Below, piece after piece: positions 15,255-30,800 of a DNA stretch of 64,000 bases. The notes under the pieces are model-generated. The model ran no database searches, was not told where the DNA came from, and saw only the letters and a list, made by a program, of their open reading frames with translations. Within the stretch, counting starts at the first letter, position 1. Each line of letters begins with the position of its first letter. The stretch spans positions 4,774,001 to 4,838,000 of the forward strand of contig OZ024740.1 of NCBI GenBank assembly GCA_964016885.1, given 5' to 3'. Both the position numbers and the translations under genes were made by a program. This DNA is from Eledone cirrhosa. Lineage: Eukaryota.

Positions 15255-15639
15255 TATCTCATTAGAACCTATCAATTAATGGTGATCTACCTGTCACTAC
15301 GAAATCATAGAATGACTAGATAGACTTGGGCCGCAACTCATGGTGTCTAAAAACAATTGACTGATAAGATGACAAGTCAGTCAATCATATTGGTGGCCTC
15401 CCCACAGCCCCGGTGGACAGAATGGAGAAGGTGTTTCCCCGGAGGACGGTAAGGGAGATGCGCTGGAAAAGCCATTCCGACTCGCGAGGCTCATATATGT
15501 GGCTGGCCAACTCAGCGCCTATGGTGGCGAGTAAGGAGGTAGCCTTAGGGCCGAGGACACCAGAAGTCTCCACCGCCAAGGATACAACGGCAAACCTGTC
15601 GGAGAGCGACCAGTATTTGAAGAGTTTGGCCTCTTCACA
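15255..15639 (-). mobile_element. 3' fragment of a CRE-like (restriction-like endonuclease) non-LTR retrotransposon
   Basis: EEAKLFKY...FAVVSLAVETSGVLGP...LFQRISLTVLRGN matches the KxxKY...ETxG.WG...QRxS...QRGN C-terminal pattern; stop at 15385. Confidence 0.72.
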
Positions 15640-15644
15640 TACAT

Positions 15645-15772
15645 AAGAGTCATTAGAACATCAAATAGAATGCTTTGTTGTATTCGTGTTGGCTCTCTGA
15701 GCTCTGAGTTCAAATCCCACAAAGGATCATTTTACTTTTCGTCCTTTTGAGATCAATAAAAGACCAGTTTAG
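15645..15772 (+). mobile_element. Degenerate tRNA-derived SINE fragment
   Basis: B-box-like GAGTTCAAATCCC followed by ttttcgtccttttgagatcaataaaagaccagt, resembling cephalopod SINE bodies from recall. Confidence 0.5.
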
Positions 15773-15790
15773 TGTTAGTCTTAGGTCCTC

Positions 15791-16020
15791 CTATACCCTG
15801 GGCAATATTGGCCAATGAAGTATTCTCCAATTTACACGGTCAGCTGTGGCATCTTGCATAGTTTCCCTAGTCCAATCCTCTGGAGATCTTCTTTGAAAGT
15901 TGAGCGCCAGGTTTTCTTGGGTCTCCCCTTTTTTCCACTGACTGGGATCCATCTCATTACCACAGAGAAGGTTCCGGTACTCAGACATGTGTAGAATATG
16001 TCCAGCCAATTTCAACCTCT
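15791..16020 (-). mobile_element. Frameshifted RTE-type LINE C-terminal fragment
   Basis: LKLAGHILHM...DRVNWR matches the RTE GHxxR...DRxxWR terminal motifs. Confidence 0.6.
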
Positions 16021-16139
16021 TCAGCACCTCTAGTACTCTCACTTCCTCTCCCTTGCCTTATTGGGAATAAATCAACTGTTTTTATTGGCAATGTGACTCA
16101 TACAATACAATAGAATCAGCCTCAGTCAGTTTATGTGTG

Positions 16140-16292
16140 TTCCAATTGTTTAAGTAGCAGAGCATTCCAAAGACATGTGTACCTTAATGTAATTCTTAGG
16201 GAGATTGAGCATGACACAATGAGTGACAAGACTGGCCCTTTGAATTACTGATATAGTCTATCCAACAAGCTTCCACACAGTTTCTGTCTACC
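16140..16292. mobile_element. Decayed short interspersed repeat fragments
   Basis: gacacaatgagtgacaagactggccctttgaattac and cttccacacagtttctgtctacc resemble abundant octopus interspersed repeats. This is from recall and was not searched. Confidence 0.35.
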
Positions 16293-16341
16293 TAATTAAA
16301 TGTATTTTTCCATCTCCCCAAAAACCTTTCTTTGCACACTT

Positions 16342-16348
<7 letters not shown>

Positions 16349-16383
<35 letters not shown>

Positions 16384-18082
16384 AATATTGTGTACAGTGC
16401 TCAGGTGCACGACAACTCATCAAAATGTGTATGTATAGTACATAGGGTAAATGAACAGTGCATGAGTCATGATATACACATGTGTGCATGTGTATGGAAG
16501 GGGTACATCGGGTGTAGTTTTGGCGAATTTCGGGAAGCATGAAGGTTTTAAAGGATGCAGTGTCTCATCAGCTAACAACTGACGCAGGCAGTTTGTTCCA
16601 TGCTTCAGCAACTCTGAGCGTGAACAAATGTTTACGAAAGTCATGGGAGCTGCGCTATTTTCTGATTTTGTAGACAGGTCCACGTGTGTTAGACACATGG
16701 AGATCAAAAAGGTGCTCAGGGTTGTTGTTGGCGAGATGGTTAATAACTTTGTGGGTGTTTACCAAGTCCATTGCCAGACGTCAGAGCTTCAATGAATCCA
16801 TGCCCAGGGAAGCAAGGCGTTCAGAGTATGGTAGGTGTCTGATGGAGGGTATGCGCTTGGTTGCACGTCTCTGAACAGTTTCCAGGAGGTCAATGTTCTG
16901 AGCAAGATAGGGGTCCCAGACTGATGATGCGAATTCCAAGTGTGGTCGTACCATAGCTGTATACAGCTTTAAATAGATGGCTGGAGAGTGGCTAACAAAG
17001 GTCTTGCTGAGAGATGCCAAGACACCCTCGGCCTTCTTGACAATCTTAGAGACGTTCTTTGTCCAACGCAAATCGCTGCTGACAGTAATGCCCAGGTCAC
17101 GTTCACAAGAGGACTTCTTGATATCAGTGTTGTGGAGGGAGTATATGGACGGTGAATTTTTCCTCCCAAAATGCATGGTGGTCGACTTGTCCACAGCCAG
17201 CTTCAGTTGCCAGTCTGTGATCCATTGCTGCATTGTGTCCAGGTCTGATTGTAGGAAAGAGTTGTAGATTTCAGGATCACTCCTTTTGATTTCAAGGTAC
17301 AGCTTGATGTCATCTGCATATTTCAGTACTGTGGCATTCTTTAAGTAGGTATCTATGTCAATAATATATGCCACAAACAAAATGGAATCAAGAACAGATC
17401 TCTGTGGTACACCAGATGACATCTCATATGGTGAAGAATGCTGTCCTAGAACCATGACTACCTCTTTTCGGCTGTTAAACCAGTTAAAAAGATCATCCTT
17501 CACACCCATTACAGAGAGTTTTGCCATAAGTCTTTTGTGTGGCACAGAATTGAAAGATTTAGCAAAGTCAAGGTAAACAACATCCACCCATGAGCCGGTG
17601 TCAGTGATCCGGGTAATATCTTCAAAGAACTCGATAAGCTGATCACAGCAGCTGGAGTTAGGGATAAATCCAAACTGCGAGGGCCGGATGAGGCTGTGAG
17701 AGCTCCAGAAGTTCCAAAGTGTTTCTCTGACACAGTATTCCATTAGTTTGGCAATACAGATAGTAAGACTGACATGACGATAGTTGACAGGTGACATGCG
17801 GTCGCCCTTTTTGAACAGGGGAATGACACTGGCAGTTTTCCACTGCTCCGGAGTAGCACCATTGTTGAGACAGTATTGAAAGAAGAAAGAAAGCTGGTGC
17901 AAAAGGAAGTACCCGCCACATTTGAGAAGCAGGTATGTAACACCATCAAGACCAGGGGAGGCATAGTTGCGCTTATTCTTAAGGTGACGTCGCAACATTG
18001 CAGGTGCAAATTCCATAGTTGTTATGGAATTTGATGTTAGAGATGGTGGAGATGGTACATTCTGGTTTTCAAAAGTATATGG
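16349..18082 (-). mobile_element. 5'-truncated CR1-clade LINE (dead reverse transcriptase) with (ATT)n tail
   Basis: SPGLDG, VIPLFKKG, NYRHVSLT, QFGF, LDFAKSF, GVPQRS (decayed from GVPQGS), YADD, ERDLGI, RPHLEF, QRRATK. The frame continues past stops to WNKLP; tail at 16349-16381. Confidence 0.93.
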
Positions 18083-18172
18083 GTACCATATACTTTTAAG
18101 CATCAAAAGGACTTAATCCATCTTCATGCATGCGGTACTGATGGAAGGACTATATCACTTTCGACATGGGTC

Positions 18173-18265
18173 GAGATTCTACACACAGAAATAACCAGTT
18201 TCTTGTACATGGGTATATGCCTAGAGATTCTACACACAGAAATATCCAGTTTCTTGTACACGGGT
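18173..18265 (+). repeat. Local direct duplication, 42-bp core with 51-bp period
   Basis: gagattctacacacagaaata(a/t)ccagtttcttgtaca(t/c)gggt at 18173 and 18224. Confidence 0.92.
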
Positions 18266-18820
18266 GTTGTTATCAGCCCACTAAGGAAATGATTGTTTTA
18301 AACACTAAGTAAAATGTTTATAAAAATATTGGTGAAAAATTCTTACCCAAAGAACATACACAACAGATCTGATATAATTGTCTAAATCAAAAAAGAAAAC
18401 ACTATTTATAGTTATACAGGTTATATAGATGTGAATATTTCATCCATAATCAATAAAGAAGTGAATATTTATGGACAATTACTTAGAAACTTATGACTTC
18501 TCTCTCCAGAATATGACTTCTTTGATACCAATAACTGTTGCTTAAATTCACTGTTTTAGTAAATGTCTAAATGTCAATCTTAAAAGCTAGAGATTGTTCA
18601 ATCAAAGAAGAACAGTAATTAGCATACATCTTACAAATATAATCAGTAAGTGGAACATTAAAAACATGTAAGACATTTCTAAAGTCCAGCATGTGACACA
18701 ATATCACTCATCATTTATATTATCTAAATTCCAACAATAGAGCTTTCTTTCTTTGTTAGAAGAAACCTGTTCCTACTTTATAGGAGGATGTCAACTCATG
18801 GGCTTCCTCACAACTTCTGC

Positions 18821-21800
18821 CTCCAAAGACTCACAACTACCTTCCACATAACTCTACTACAAAGACTCACAACTAACTTCCACATAACTCTACTCCAAAG
18901 ACTCACAACTACCTTCCACATAACTCTACTCCAAAGACTCACAACTACCTTCCACATAACTCTACTCCAAAGACTCACAACTACCTTCCACATAACTCTA
19001 CTGCAAAGACTCACAACTACCTTCCACATAACTCTACTCCAAAGACTCACAACTACCTTCCACATAACTCTACTCCAAAGACTCACAACTACCTTCCACA
19101 TAACTCTACTCCAAAGACTCACAACTACTTTCCACATAACTCTACTCCAAAGACTAACAACTACCTTCCACACAACTCTACACCAAAGACTCACAACTAC
19201 TTTCCACATAACTCTACTCCAAAGACTCACAACTACCTTCCACATAACTCTACTCCAAAGACTCACAACTACCTTCCACATAACTCTACTTTGAAGACTC
19301 ACAACTACCTTCCACATAACTCTACTTTGAAGACTCACAACTACCTTCCACATAAATCTACTCCAAAGACTCACAACTACCTTCCACATAACTCTACTCC
19401 AAAGACTCACAACTACCTTCCACATAACTCTACTTTGAAGACTAACAACTACCTTCTACATAAATCTACTCCAAAGACTCACAACTACCTTCCACATAAC
19501 TCTACTTTGAAGACTAACAACTACCTTCCACATAACTCTACTCCAAAGACTCACAACTACCTTCCACATAACTCTACTACAAAGACTCACAACTACTTTC
19601 CACATAACTCTACTCCAAAGACTCACAACTACCTTCCACATAACTCTACTCCAAAGACTCACAACTACCTTCCACATAACTCTACTTTGAAGACTAACAA
19701 CTACCTTCCACATAACTCTACTCCAAAGACTCACAACTACTTTCCACATAACTCTACTCCAAAGATTCACAACTACCTTCCACACAACTCTACTCCAAAG
19801 ACTCACAACTAACTTCCACATAACTCTACTCCAAAGACTCACAACTACCTTCCACATAACTCTACTCCAAAGACTCACAACTACCTTCCATATAACTCTA
19901 CTCCAAAGACTCACAACTACCTTCCACATAACTCTACACCAAAGACTCACAACTACCTTCCACATAACTCTACTCCAAAGACTCACAACTACCTTCCACA
20001 TAACTCTACTCCAAAGACTCACAACTACCTTCCACATAACTCTACACCAAAGACTCACAACTACCTTCCACATAACTCTACTCCAAAGACTCACAACTAC
20101 CTTCCACACAACTCTACTCCAAAGACTCACAACTACCTTCCACATAACTCTACTCCAAAGACTCACAACTACCTTCCACATAACTCTACACCAAAGACTC
20201 ACAACTACCTTCCACACAACTCTACTCCAAAGACTAACAACTACCTTCCACACAACTCTACTCCAAAGACTCACAACTACCTTCCACATAACTCTACTCC
20301 AAAGACTCACAACTACCTTCCACATAACTCTACTACAAAGACTCACAACTAACTTCCACATAACTCTACTCCAAAGACTCACAACTACCTTCCACATAAC
20401 TCTAGTCCAAAGATTCACAACTACCTTCCACATAACGCTACTCCAAAGACTCACAACTACTTTCCACATAACTCTACTCCAAAGATTCACAACTACTTTC
20501 CACACAACTCTACTCCAAAGATTCACAACTACCTTCCACACAACTCTACTCCAAAGACTCACAACTACCTTCCACATAACTCTACTCCAAAGACTCACAA
20601 CTACCTTCCACATAACTCTACTCCAAAGACTCACAACTACCTTCCACATAACTCTACTCCAAAGACTCACAACTACCTTCCACATAACTCTACTCCAAAG
20701 ACTCACAACTACCTTCCACATAACTCTACTCCAAAGACTCACAACTACCTTCCACATAACTCTACTGCAAAGACTCACAACTACCTTCCACATAACTCTA
20801 CACCAAAGACTCACAACTACTTTCCACATAACTCTACTCCAAAGACTAACAACTACCTTCCACACAACTCTACACCAAAGACTCACAACTACTTTCCACA
20901 TAACTCTACTCCAAAGACTCACAACTACCTTCCACATAACTCTACTCCAAAGACTCACAACTACCTTCACACAACTCTACACCAAAGACTCACAACTACC
21001 TTCCACATAACTCTACTCCAAAGACTCACAACTACCTTCACACAACTCTACTCCAAAGACTCACAACTACCTTCCACATAACTCTACTCCAAAGACTCAC
21101 AACTACCTTCACACAACTCTACACCAAAGACTCACAACTACCTTCCACACAACTCTACACCAAAGACTCACAACTACCTTCCACATAACTCTACCCCAAA
21201 GACTCACAACTACCTTCCACACAACTCTACACCAAAGACTCACAACTACCTTCCACATAACTCTACCCCAAAGACTCACAACTACCTTCCACACAACTCT
21301 ACACCAAAGACTCACAACTACCTTCCACATAACTCTACTCCAAAGACTCACAACTACCTTCCACACAACTCTACACCAAAGACTCACAACTACCTTCCAC
21401 ATAACTCTACACCAAAGACTAACAACTACCTTCCACATAACTCTACTCCAAAGACTCACAACTACCTTCCACATAACTCTACTCCAAAGACTCACAACTA
21501 CCTTCCACATAACTCTACTCCAAAGACTCACAACTACCTTCCACATAACTCTACTCCAAAGACTCACAACTACCTTCCACATAACTCTACTCCAAAGACT
21601 CACAACTACCTTCCACATAACTCTACTCCAAAGACTCACAACTACCTTCTACATAACTCTACCCCAAAGACTCACAACTACCTTCCACACAACTCTACAC
21701 CAAAGACTCACAACTACCTTCCACATAACTCTACTCCAAAGACTCACAACTACCTTCCACACAACTCTACACCAAAGACTCACAACTACCTTCCACATAA

Positions 21801-24800
21801 CTCTACTCCAAAGACTCACAACTACCTTCCACATAACTCTACTCCAAAGACTCACAACTACCTTCCACATAACTCTACTCCAAAGACTCACAACTACCTT
21901 CCACATAACTCTACTCCAAAGACTCACAACTACCTTCTACATAACTCTACTTTGAAGACTCACAACTACCTTCCACATAACTCTACTTTGAAGACTAACA
22001 ACTACCTTCCACATAACTCTACTCCAAAGACTAACAACTACTTCCACATAACTCTACTCCAAAGACTCACAACTACCTTCCACACAACTCTACTCCAAAG
22101 ACTCACAACTACCTTCCACATAACTCTACTTTGAAGACTAACAACTACCTTCCACATAACTCTACTCCAAAGACTCACAACTACCTTCCACACAACTCTA
22201 CACCAAAGACTCACAACTACCTTCCACATAACTCTACTCCAAAGACTCACAACTACCTTCCACATAACTCTACTCCAAAGACTCACAACTACCTTCCACA
22301 TAACTCTACTTTGAAGACTCACAACTACCTTCCACATAACTCTACTCCAAAGACTCACAACTACCTTCTACATAAATCTACTCCAAAGACTCACAACTAC
22401 CTTCCACATAACTCTACTTTGAAGACTCACAACTACCTTCTACATAACTCTACTTTGAAGACTCACAACTACCTTCCACATAACTCTACTCCAAAGACTC
22501 ACAACTACCTTCCACATAACTCTACTTTGAAGACTCACAACTACCTTCCACATAACTCTACTCCAAAGACTCACAACTACCTTCTACATAAATCTACTCC
22601 AAAGACTCACAACTACCTTCCACATAACTCTACTTTGAAGACTCACAACTACCTTCTACATAACTCTACTTTGAAGACTCACAACTACCTTCCACATAAC
22701 TCTACTCCAAAGACTCACAACTACCTTCTACATAACTCTACTCCAAAGACTCACAACTACCTTCTACATAACTCTACTTTGAAGACTCACAACTACCTTC
22801 CACATAACTCTACTTTGAAGACTCACAACTACCTTCCACACAACTCTACTCCAAAGACTCACAACTACCTTCCACATAACTCTACTTTGAAGACTAACAA
22901 CTACCTTCCACATAACTCTACTCCAAAGACTCACAACTACCTTCCACACAACTCTACACCAAAGACTCACAACTACCTTCCACATAACTCTACTCCAAAG
23001 ACTCACAACTACCTTCCACATAACTCTACTCCAAAGACTCACAACTACCTTCCACATAACTCTACTCCAAAGACTCACAACTACCTTCTACATTACTCTA
23101 CTTTGAAGACTCACAACTACCTTCCACATAACTCTACTCCAAAGACTCACAACTACCTTCCACATAACTCTACTCCAAAGACTCACAACTACCTTCTACA
23201 TTACTCTACTTTGAAGACTCACAACTACCTTCCACATAACTCTACTCCAAAGACTCACAACTACCTTCCACATAACTCTACTCCAAAGACTCACAACTAC
23301 CTTCCACATAACTCTACTCCAAAGACTCACAACTACCTTCCACATAACTCTACTCCAAAGACTCACAACTACCTTCTACATTACTCTACTTTGAAGACTA
23401 ACAACTACCTTCCACATAACTCTACTCCAAAGACTAACAACTACTTCCACATAACTCTACTCCAAAGACTCACAACTACCTTCCACACAACTCTACTCCA
23501 AAGACTCACAACTACCTTCTACATTACTCTACTTTGAAGACTCACAACTACCTTCCACATAACTCTACTCCAAAGACTCACAACTACCTTCCACATAACT
23601 CTACTCCAAAGACTAACAACTACTTCCACATAACTCTACTCCAAAGACTCACAACTACCTTCCACACAACTCTACTCCAAAGACTCACAACTACCTTCCA
23701 CATAACTCTACTTTGAAGACTAACAACTACCTTCCACATAACTCTACTCCAAAGACTCACAACTACCTTCCACACAACTCTACACCAAAGACTCACAACT
23801 ACCTTCCACATAACTCTACTCCAAAGACTCACAACTACCTTCCACATAACTCTACTCCAAAGACTCACAACTACCTTCCACATAACTCTACTTTGAAGAC
23901 TCACAACTACCTTCCACATAACTCTACTTTGAAGACTCACAACTACCTTCCACATAACTCTACTCCAAAGACTCACAACTACCTTCTACATAAATCTACT
24001 CCAAAGACTCACAACTACCTTCCACATAACTCTACTTTGAAGACTCACAACTACCTTCCACATAACTCTACTCCAAAGACTCACAACTACCTTCCACATA
24101 ACTCTACTCCAAAGACTCACAACTACCTTCCACATAACTCTACTTTGAAGACTAACAACTACCTTCTACATAAATCTACTCCAAAGACTCACAACTACCT
24201 TCCACATAACTCTACTACAAAGACTCACAACTACTTCCACATAACTCTACTTTGAAGACTAACAACTACCTTCCACATAACTCTACTCCAAAGACTCACA
24301 ACTACCTTCCACATAACTCTACTACAAAGACTCACAACTACTTTCCACATAACTCTACTCCAAAGACTCACAACTACCTTCCACATAACTCTACTCCAAA
24401 GACTCACAACTACCTTCCACATAACTCTACTTTGAAGACTAACAACTACCTTCCACATAACTCTACTCCAAAGACTAACAACTACTTCCACATAACTCTA
24501 CTCCAAAGACTCACAACTACCTTCCACACAACTCTACTCCAAAGACTCACAACTACCTTCCACATAACTCTACTTTGAAGACTAACAACTACCTTCCACA
24601 TAACTCTACTCCAAAGACTCACAACTACCTTCCACACAACTCTACACCAAAGACTCACAACTACCTTCCACATAACTCTACTCCAAAGACTCACAACTAC
24701 CTTCCACACAACTCTACTCCAAAGACTCACAACTACCTTCCACATAACTCTACTTTGAAGACTAACAACTACCTTCCACATAACGCTACTCCAAAGACTC

Positions 24801-27800
24801 ACAACTAACTTCCACATAACTCTACTCCAAAGACTCACAACTACCTTCCACACAACTCTACACCAAAGACTCACAACTACCTTCCACATAACTCTACTAC
24901 AAAGACTCACAACTACTTTCCACATAACTCTACTCCAAAGACTCACAACTACCTTCCACATAACTCTACTCCAAAGACTCACAACTACCTTCCACATAAC
25001 TCTACTTTGAAGACTAACAACTACCTTCCACATAACTCTACTCCAAAGACTCACAACTACCTTCCACATAACTCTACTTTGAAGACTAACAACTACCTTC
25101 CACATAACTCTACTCCAAAGACTCACAACTACCTTCCACATAACTCTACTCCAAAGACTCACAACTACCTTCCACATAACTCTACTCCAAAGACTCACAA
25201 CTACCTTCCACATAACTCTACTCCAAAGACTAACAACTACCTTCCACATAACTCTACTCCAAAGACTCACAACTACCTTCCACATAACTCTACTCCAAAG
25301 ACTCACAACTAACTTCCACATAACTCTACTCCAAAGACTCACAACTACCTTCCACACAACTCTACTCCAAAGACTCACAACTACCTTCCACACAACTCTA
25401 CTCCAAAGACTCACAACTACCTTCCACATAACTCTACTACAAAGACTCACAACTAACTTCCACATAACTCTACTCCAAAGACTCACAACTACCTTCCACA
25501 CAACTCTACTCCAAAGACTCACAACTACCTTCCACACAACTCTACTCCAAAGACTCACAACTACCTTCCACATAACTCTACTCCAAAGACTCACAACTAA
25601 CTTCCACATAACTCTACTCCAAAGACTCACAACTACCTTCCACACAACTCTACTCCAAAGACTCACAACTACCTTCCACACAACTCTACTCCAAAGACTC
25701 ACAACTACCTTCCACACAACTCTACTCCAAAGACTCACAACTACCTTCCACACAACTCTACTCCAAAGACTCACAACTACCTTCCACACAACTCTACTCC
25801 AAAGACTCACAACTACCTTCCACATAACTCTACTACAAAGACTCACAACTACTTTCCACATAACTCTACTCCAAAGACTCACAACTACCTTCCACATAAC
25901 TCTACTCCAAAGACTCACAACTACCTTCCACATAACTCTACTTTGAAGACTAACAACTACCTTCCACATAACTCTACTCCAAAGACTCACAACTACCTTC
26001 CACATAACTCTACTCCAAAGACTAACAACTACTTCCACATAACTCTACTCCAAAGACTCACAACTACCTTCCACATAACTCTACTCCAAAGACTCACAAC
26101 TACCTTCCACATAACTCTACTCCAAAGACTCACAACTACCTTCCACATAACTCTACTCCAAAGACTCACAACTACCTTCCACATAACTCTACTCCAAAGA
26201 CTCACAACTACCTTCCACACAACTCTACTCCAAAGACTCACAACTACCTTCCACATAACTCTACTCCAAAGACTCACAACTACCTTCCACATAACTCTAC
26301 TCCAAAGACTCACAACTACCTTCCACACAACTCTACTCCAAAGACTCACAACTACCTTCCACATAACTCTACTCCAAAGACTCACAACTACCTTCCACAC
26401 AACTCTACTCCAAAGACTCACAACTACCTTCCACATAACTCTACTCCAAAGACTCACAACTACCTTCCACACAACTCTACTCCAAAGACTCACAACTACC
26501 TTCCACATAACTCTACTCCAAAGACTCACAACTACCTTCCACATAACTCTACTCCAAAGACTCACAACTACCTTCCACATAACTCTACTCCAAAGACTCA
26601 CAACTACCTTCCACATAACTCTACTCCAAAGACTCACAACTACCTTCCACATAACTCTACTCCAAAGACTCACAACTACCTTCCACATAACTCTACTCCA
26701 AAGACTCACAACTACCTTCCACATAACTCTACTCCAAAGACTAACAACTACTTCCACATAACTCTACTCCAAAGACTCACAACTACCTTCCACATAACTC
26801 TACTCCAAAGACTCACAACTACCTTCCACATAACTCTACTCCAAAGACTCACAACTACCTTCCACATAACTCTACTCCAAAGACTCACAACTACCTTCCA
26901 CATAACTCTACTCCAAAGACTAACAACTACTTCCACATAACTCTACTCCAAAGACTCACAACTACCTTCCACATAACTCTACTCCAAAGACTAACAACTA
27001 CTTCCACATAACTCTACTCCAAAGACTCACAACTACCTTCCACATAACTCTACTCCAAAGACTCACAACTACCTTCCACATAACTCTACTCCAAAGACTC
27101 ACAACTACCTTCCACATAACTCTACTCCAAAGACTCACAACTACCTTCCACATAACTCTACTCCAAAGACTCACAACTACCTTCCACATAACTCTACTTT
27201 GAAGACTAACAACTACCTTCCACATAACTCTACTCCAAAGACTCACAACTACCTTCCACATAACTCTACTCCAAAGACTAACAACTACTTCCACATAACT
27301 CTACTCCAAAGACTCACAACTACCTTCCACATAACTCTACTCCAAAGACTCACAACTACCTTCCACATAACTCTACTCCAAAGACTCACAACTACCTTCC
27401 ACATAACTCTACTCCAAAGACTCACAACTACCTTCCACATAACTCTACTCCAAAGACTAACAACTACTTCCACATAACTCTACTCCAAAGACTCACAACT
27501 ACCTTCCACATAACTCTACTCCAAAGACTAACAACTACTTCCACATAACTCTACTCCAAAGACTCACAACTACCTTCCACATAACTCTACTCCAAAGACT
27601 CACAACTACCTTCCACATAACTCTACTCCAAAGACTCACAACTACCTTCCACATAACTCTACTCCAAAGACTCACAACTACCTTCCACATAACTCTACTC
27701 CAAAGACTCACAACTACCTTCCACATAACTCTACTCCAAAGACTAACAACTACTTCCACATAACTCTACTCCAAAGACTCACAACTACCTTCCACATAAC

Positions 27801-30800
27801 TCTACTCCAAAGACTCACAACTACCTTCCACATAACTCTACTCCAAAGACTCACAACTACCTTCCACATAACTCTACTCCAAAGACTCACAACTACCTTC
27901 CACACAACTCTACTCCAAAGACTCACAACTACCTTCCACATAACTCTACTCCAAAGACTCACAACTACCTTCCACATAACTCTACTCCAAAGACTCACAA
28001 CTACCTTCCACATAACTCTACTCCAAAGACTCACAACTACCTTCCACACAACTCTACTCCAAAGACTCACAACTACCTTCCACATAACTCTACTCCAAAG
28101 ACTCACAACTACCTTCTACATAACTCTACACCAAAGACTCACAACTACTTCCACATAACTCTACTCCAAAGACTAACAACTACCTTCCACATAACTCTAC
28201 TCCAAAGACTCACAACTACCTTCTACATAACTCTACACCAAAGACTCACAACTACTTCCACATAACTCTACTCCAAAGACTAACAACTACCTTCCACACA
28301 ACTCTACTCCAAAGACTCACAACTACCTTCCACATAACTCTACTCCAAAGACTAACAACTACCTTCCACATAACTCTACTCCAAAGACTCACAACTACCT
28401 TCCACATAACTCTACTCCAAAGACTCACAACTACCTTCCACATAACTCTACTCCAAAGACTCACAACTACCTGCCACATAACTCTACTCCAAACACTCAC
28501 AACTACCTTCCACATAACTCTACTCCAAAGACTCACAACTACCTTCCACATAACTCTATTCCAAAGACTCACAACTACCTTCCACACAACTCTACTCCAA
28601 AGACTAACAACTACATTCCACATAACTCTACACCAAAGACTCACAACTACCTTCCACATAACTCTACTCCAAAGCCTCACAACTACCTTCCACACAACTC
28701 TACTCCAAAGACTCACAACTACCTTCCACACAACTCTACTCCAAAGACTCACAACTACCTTCCACATAACTCTACTCCAAAGACTCACAACTACCTTCCA
28801 CACAACTCTACTCCAAAGACTCACAACTACCTTCCACATAACTCTACTCCAAAGACTAACAACTACCTTCCACATAACTCTACTCCAAAGACTCACAACT
28901 ACCTTCCACATAACTCTACTCCAAAGACTAACAACTACCTTCCACATAACTCTACTCCAAAGACTAACAACTACCTTCCACATAACTCTACTCCAAAGAC
29001 TCACAACTACCTTCCACACAACTCTACTCCAAAGACTAACAACTACATTCCACATAACTCTACTCCAAAGACTAACAACTACATTCCACATAACTCTACA
29101 CCAAAGACTCACAACTACCTTCCACATAAATCTACTCCAAAGACTAACAACTACCTTCCACATAACTCTACTCCAAAGACTCACAACTACCTTCCACATA
29201 ACTCTACTCCAAAGACTCACAACTACCTTCCACACAACTCTACTCCAAAGACTAACAACTACATTCCACATAACTCTACTCCAAAGACTAACAACTACCT
29301 TCCACATAACTCTACTCCAAAGACTCACAACTACCTTCCACACAACTCTACACCAAAGACTAACAACTACCTTCCACATAACTCTACTCCAAAGACTCAC
29401 AACTACCTTCCACATAACTACTCCAAAGACTCACAACTACCTTCCACACAACTCTACTCCAAAGACTAACAACTACCTTCCACATAACTCTACTCCAAAG
29501 ACTCACAACTACCTTCCACATAACTCTACTCCAAAGACTAACAACTACTTCCACATAACTCTACTCCAAAGACTCACAACTACCTGCCACATAACTCTAC
29601 TCCAAACACTCACAACTACCTGCTACTCAACTCTACTCCAAAGACTCACAACTACCTTCCACATAACTATTCCAAAGACTCACAACTACCTTCCACACAA
29701 CTCTACTCCAAAGACTCACAACTACCTTCCACACAACTCTACTCCAAAGACTCACAACTACCTTCCACACAACTCTACTCCAAAGACTCACAACTACCTT
29801 CTACATAACTCTACTCCAAAGACTCACAACTTCCTTCCACACAACTCTACTCCAAAGACTCACAACTACCTTCCACATAACTCTACTCCAAACACTCACA
29901 ACTACCTTCCACATAACTCTACTCCAAACACTCACAACTACCTGCTACACAACTCTACTCCAAAGACTCACAACTACCTTCCACACAACTCTACACCAAA
30001 GACTCACAACTACCTTCCACACAACTCTACTCCAAAGACTCACAACTACCTTCCACACAACTCTACTCCAAAGACTCACAACTACCTTCCACACAACTCT
30101 ACTCCAAAGACTCACAACTACCTTCCACAAAACTCTACTCCAAAGACTCACAACTTCCTTCCACACAACTCTACTCCAAAGACTCACAACTACCTTCCAC
30201 ATAACTCTACTCCAAAGACTCACAACTTCCTTCCACACAACTCTACTCCAAAGACTCACAACTACCTTCCACATAACTCTACTCCAAAGACTCACAACTT
30301 CCTTCCACACAACTCTACTCCAAAGACTCACAACTACCTTCCACATAACTCTACTCAAAAGACTCGCAACTACCTTCCACACAACTCTACTCCAAAGACT
30401 CACAACTACCTTCCACATAACTCTACTCCAAAGACTCACAACTTCCTTCCACACAACTCTACTCCAAAGACTCACAACTACCTTCCACATAACTCTACTC
30501 AAAAGACTCACAACTACCTTCCACACAACTCTACTCCAAAGAGTCACAACTACCTTCACACAACTCTACTCCAAAGACTCACAACTACCTTCCACATAAC
30601 TCTACTCCAAAGACTCACAACTACTTTCCACATAACTCTACTCCAAAGATTCACAACTACCTTCCACATAAATCTACTCCAAAGACTCACAACTACCTTC
30701 CACATAACTCTACTCCAAAGACTCACAACTACCTTCCACATAACTCTACTCAAAAGACTCGCAACTACCTTCCACACAACTCTACTCCAAAGAGTCACAA

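Noticed and set aside
16781-18106. 441-aa RT ORF as a functional or domesticated gene
   Set aside because: It is 5'-truncated with no endonuclease, conserved motifs are mutated, and a premature stop precedes the normal C-terminus.
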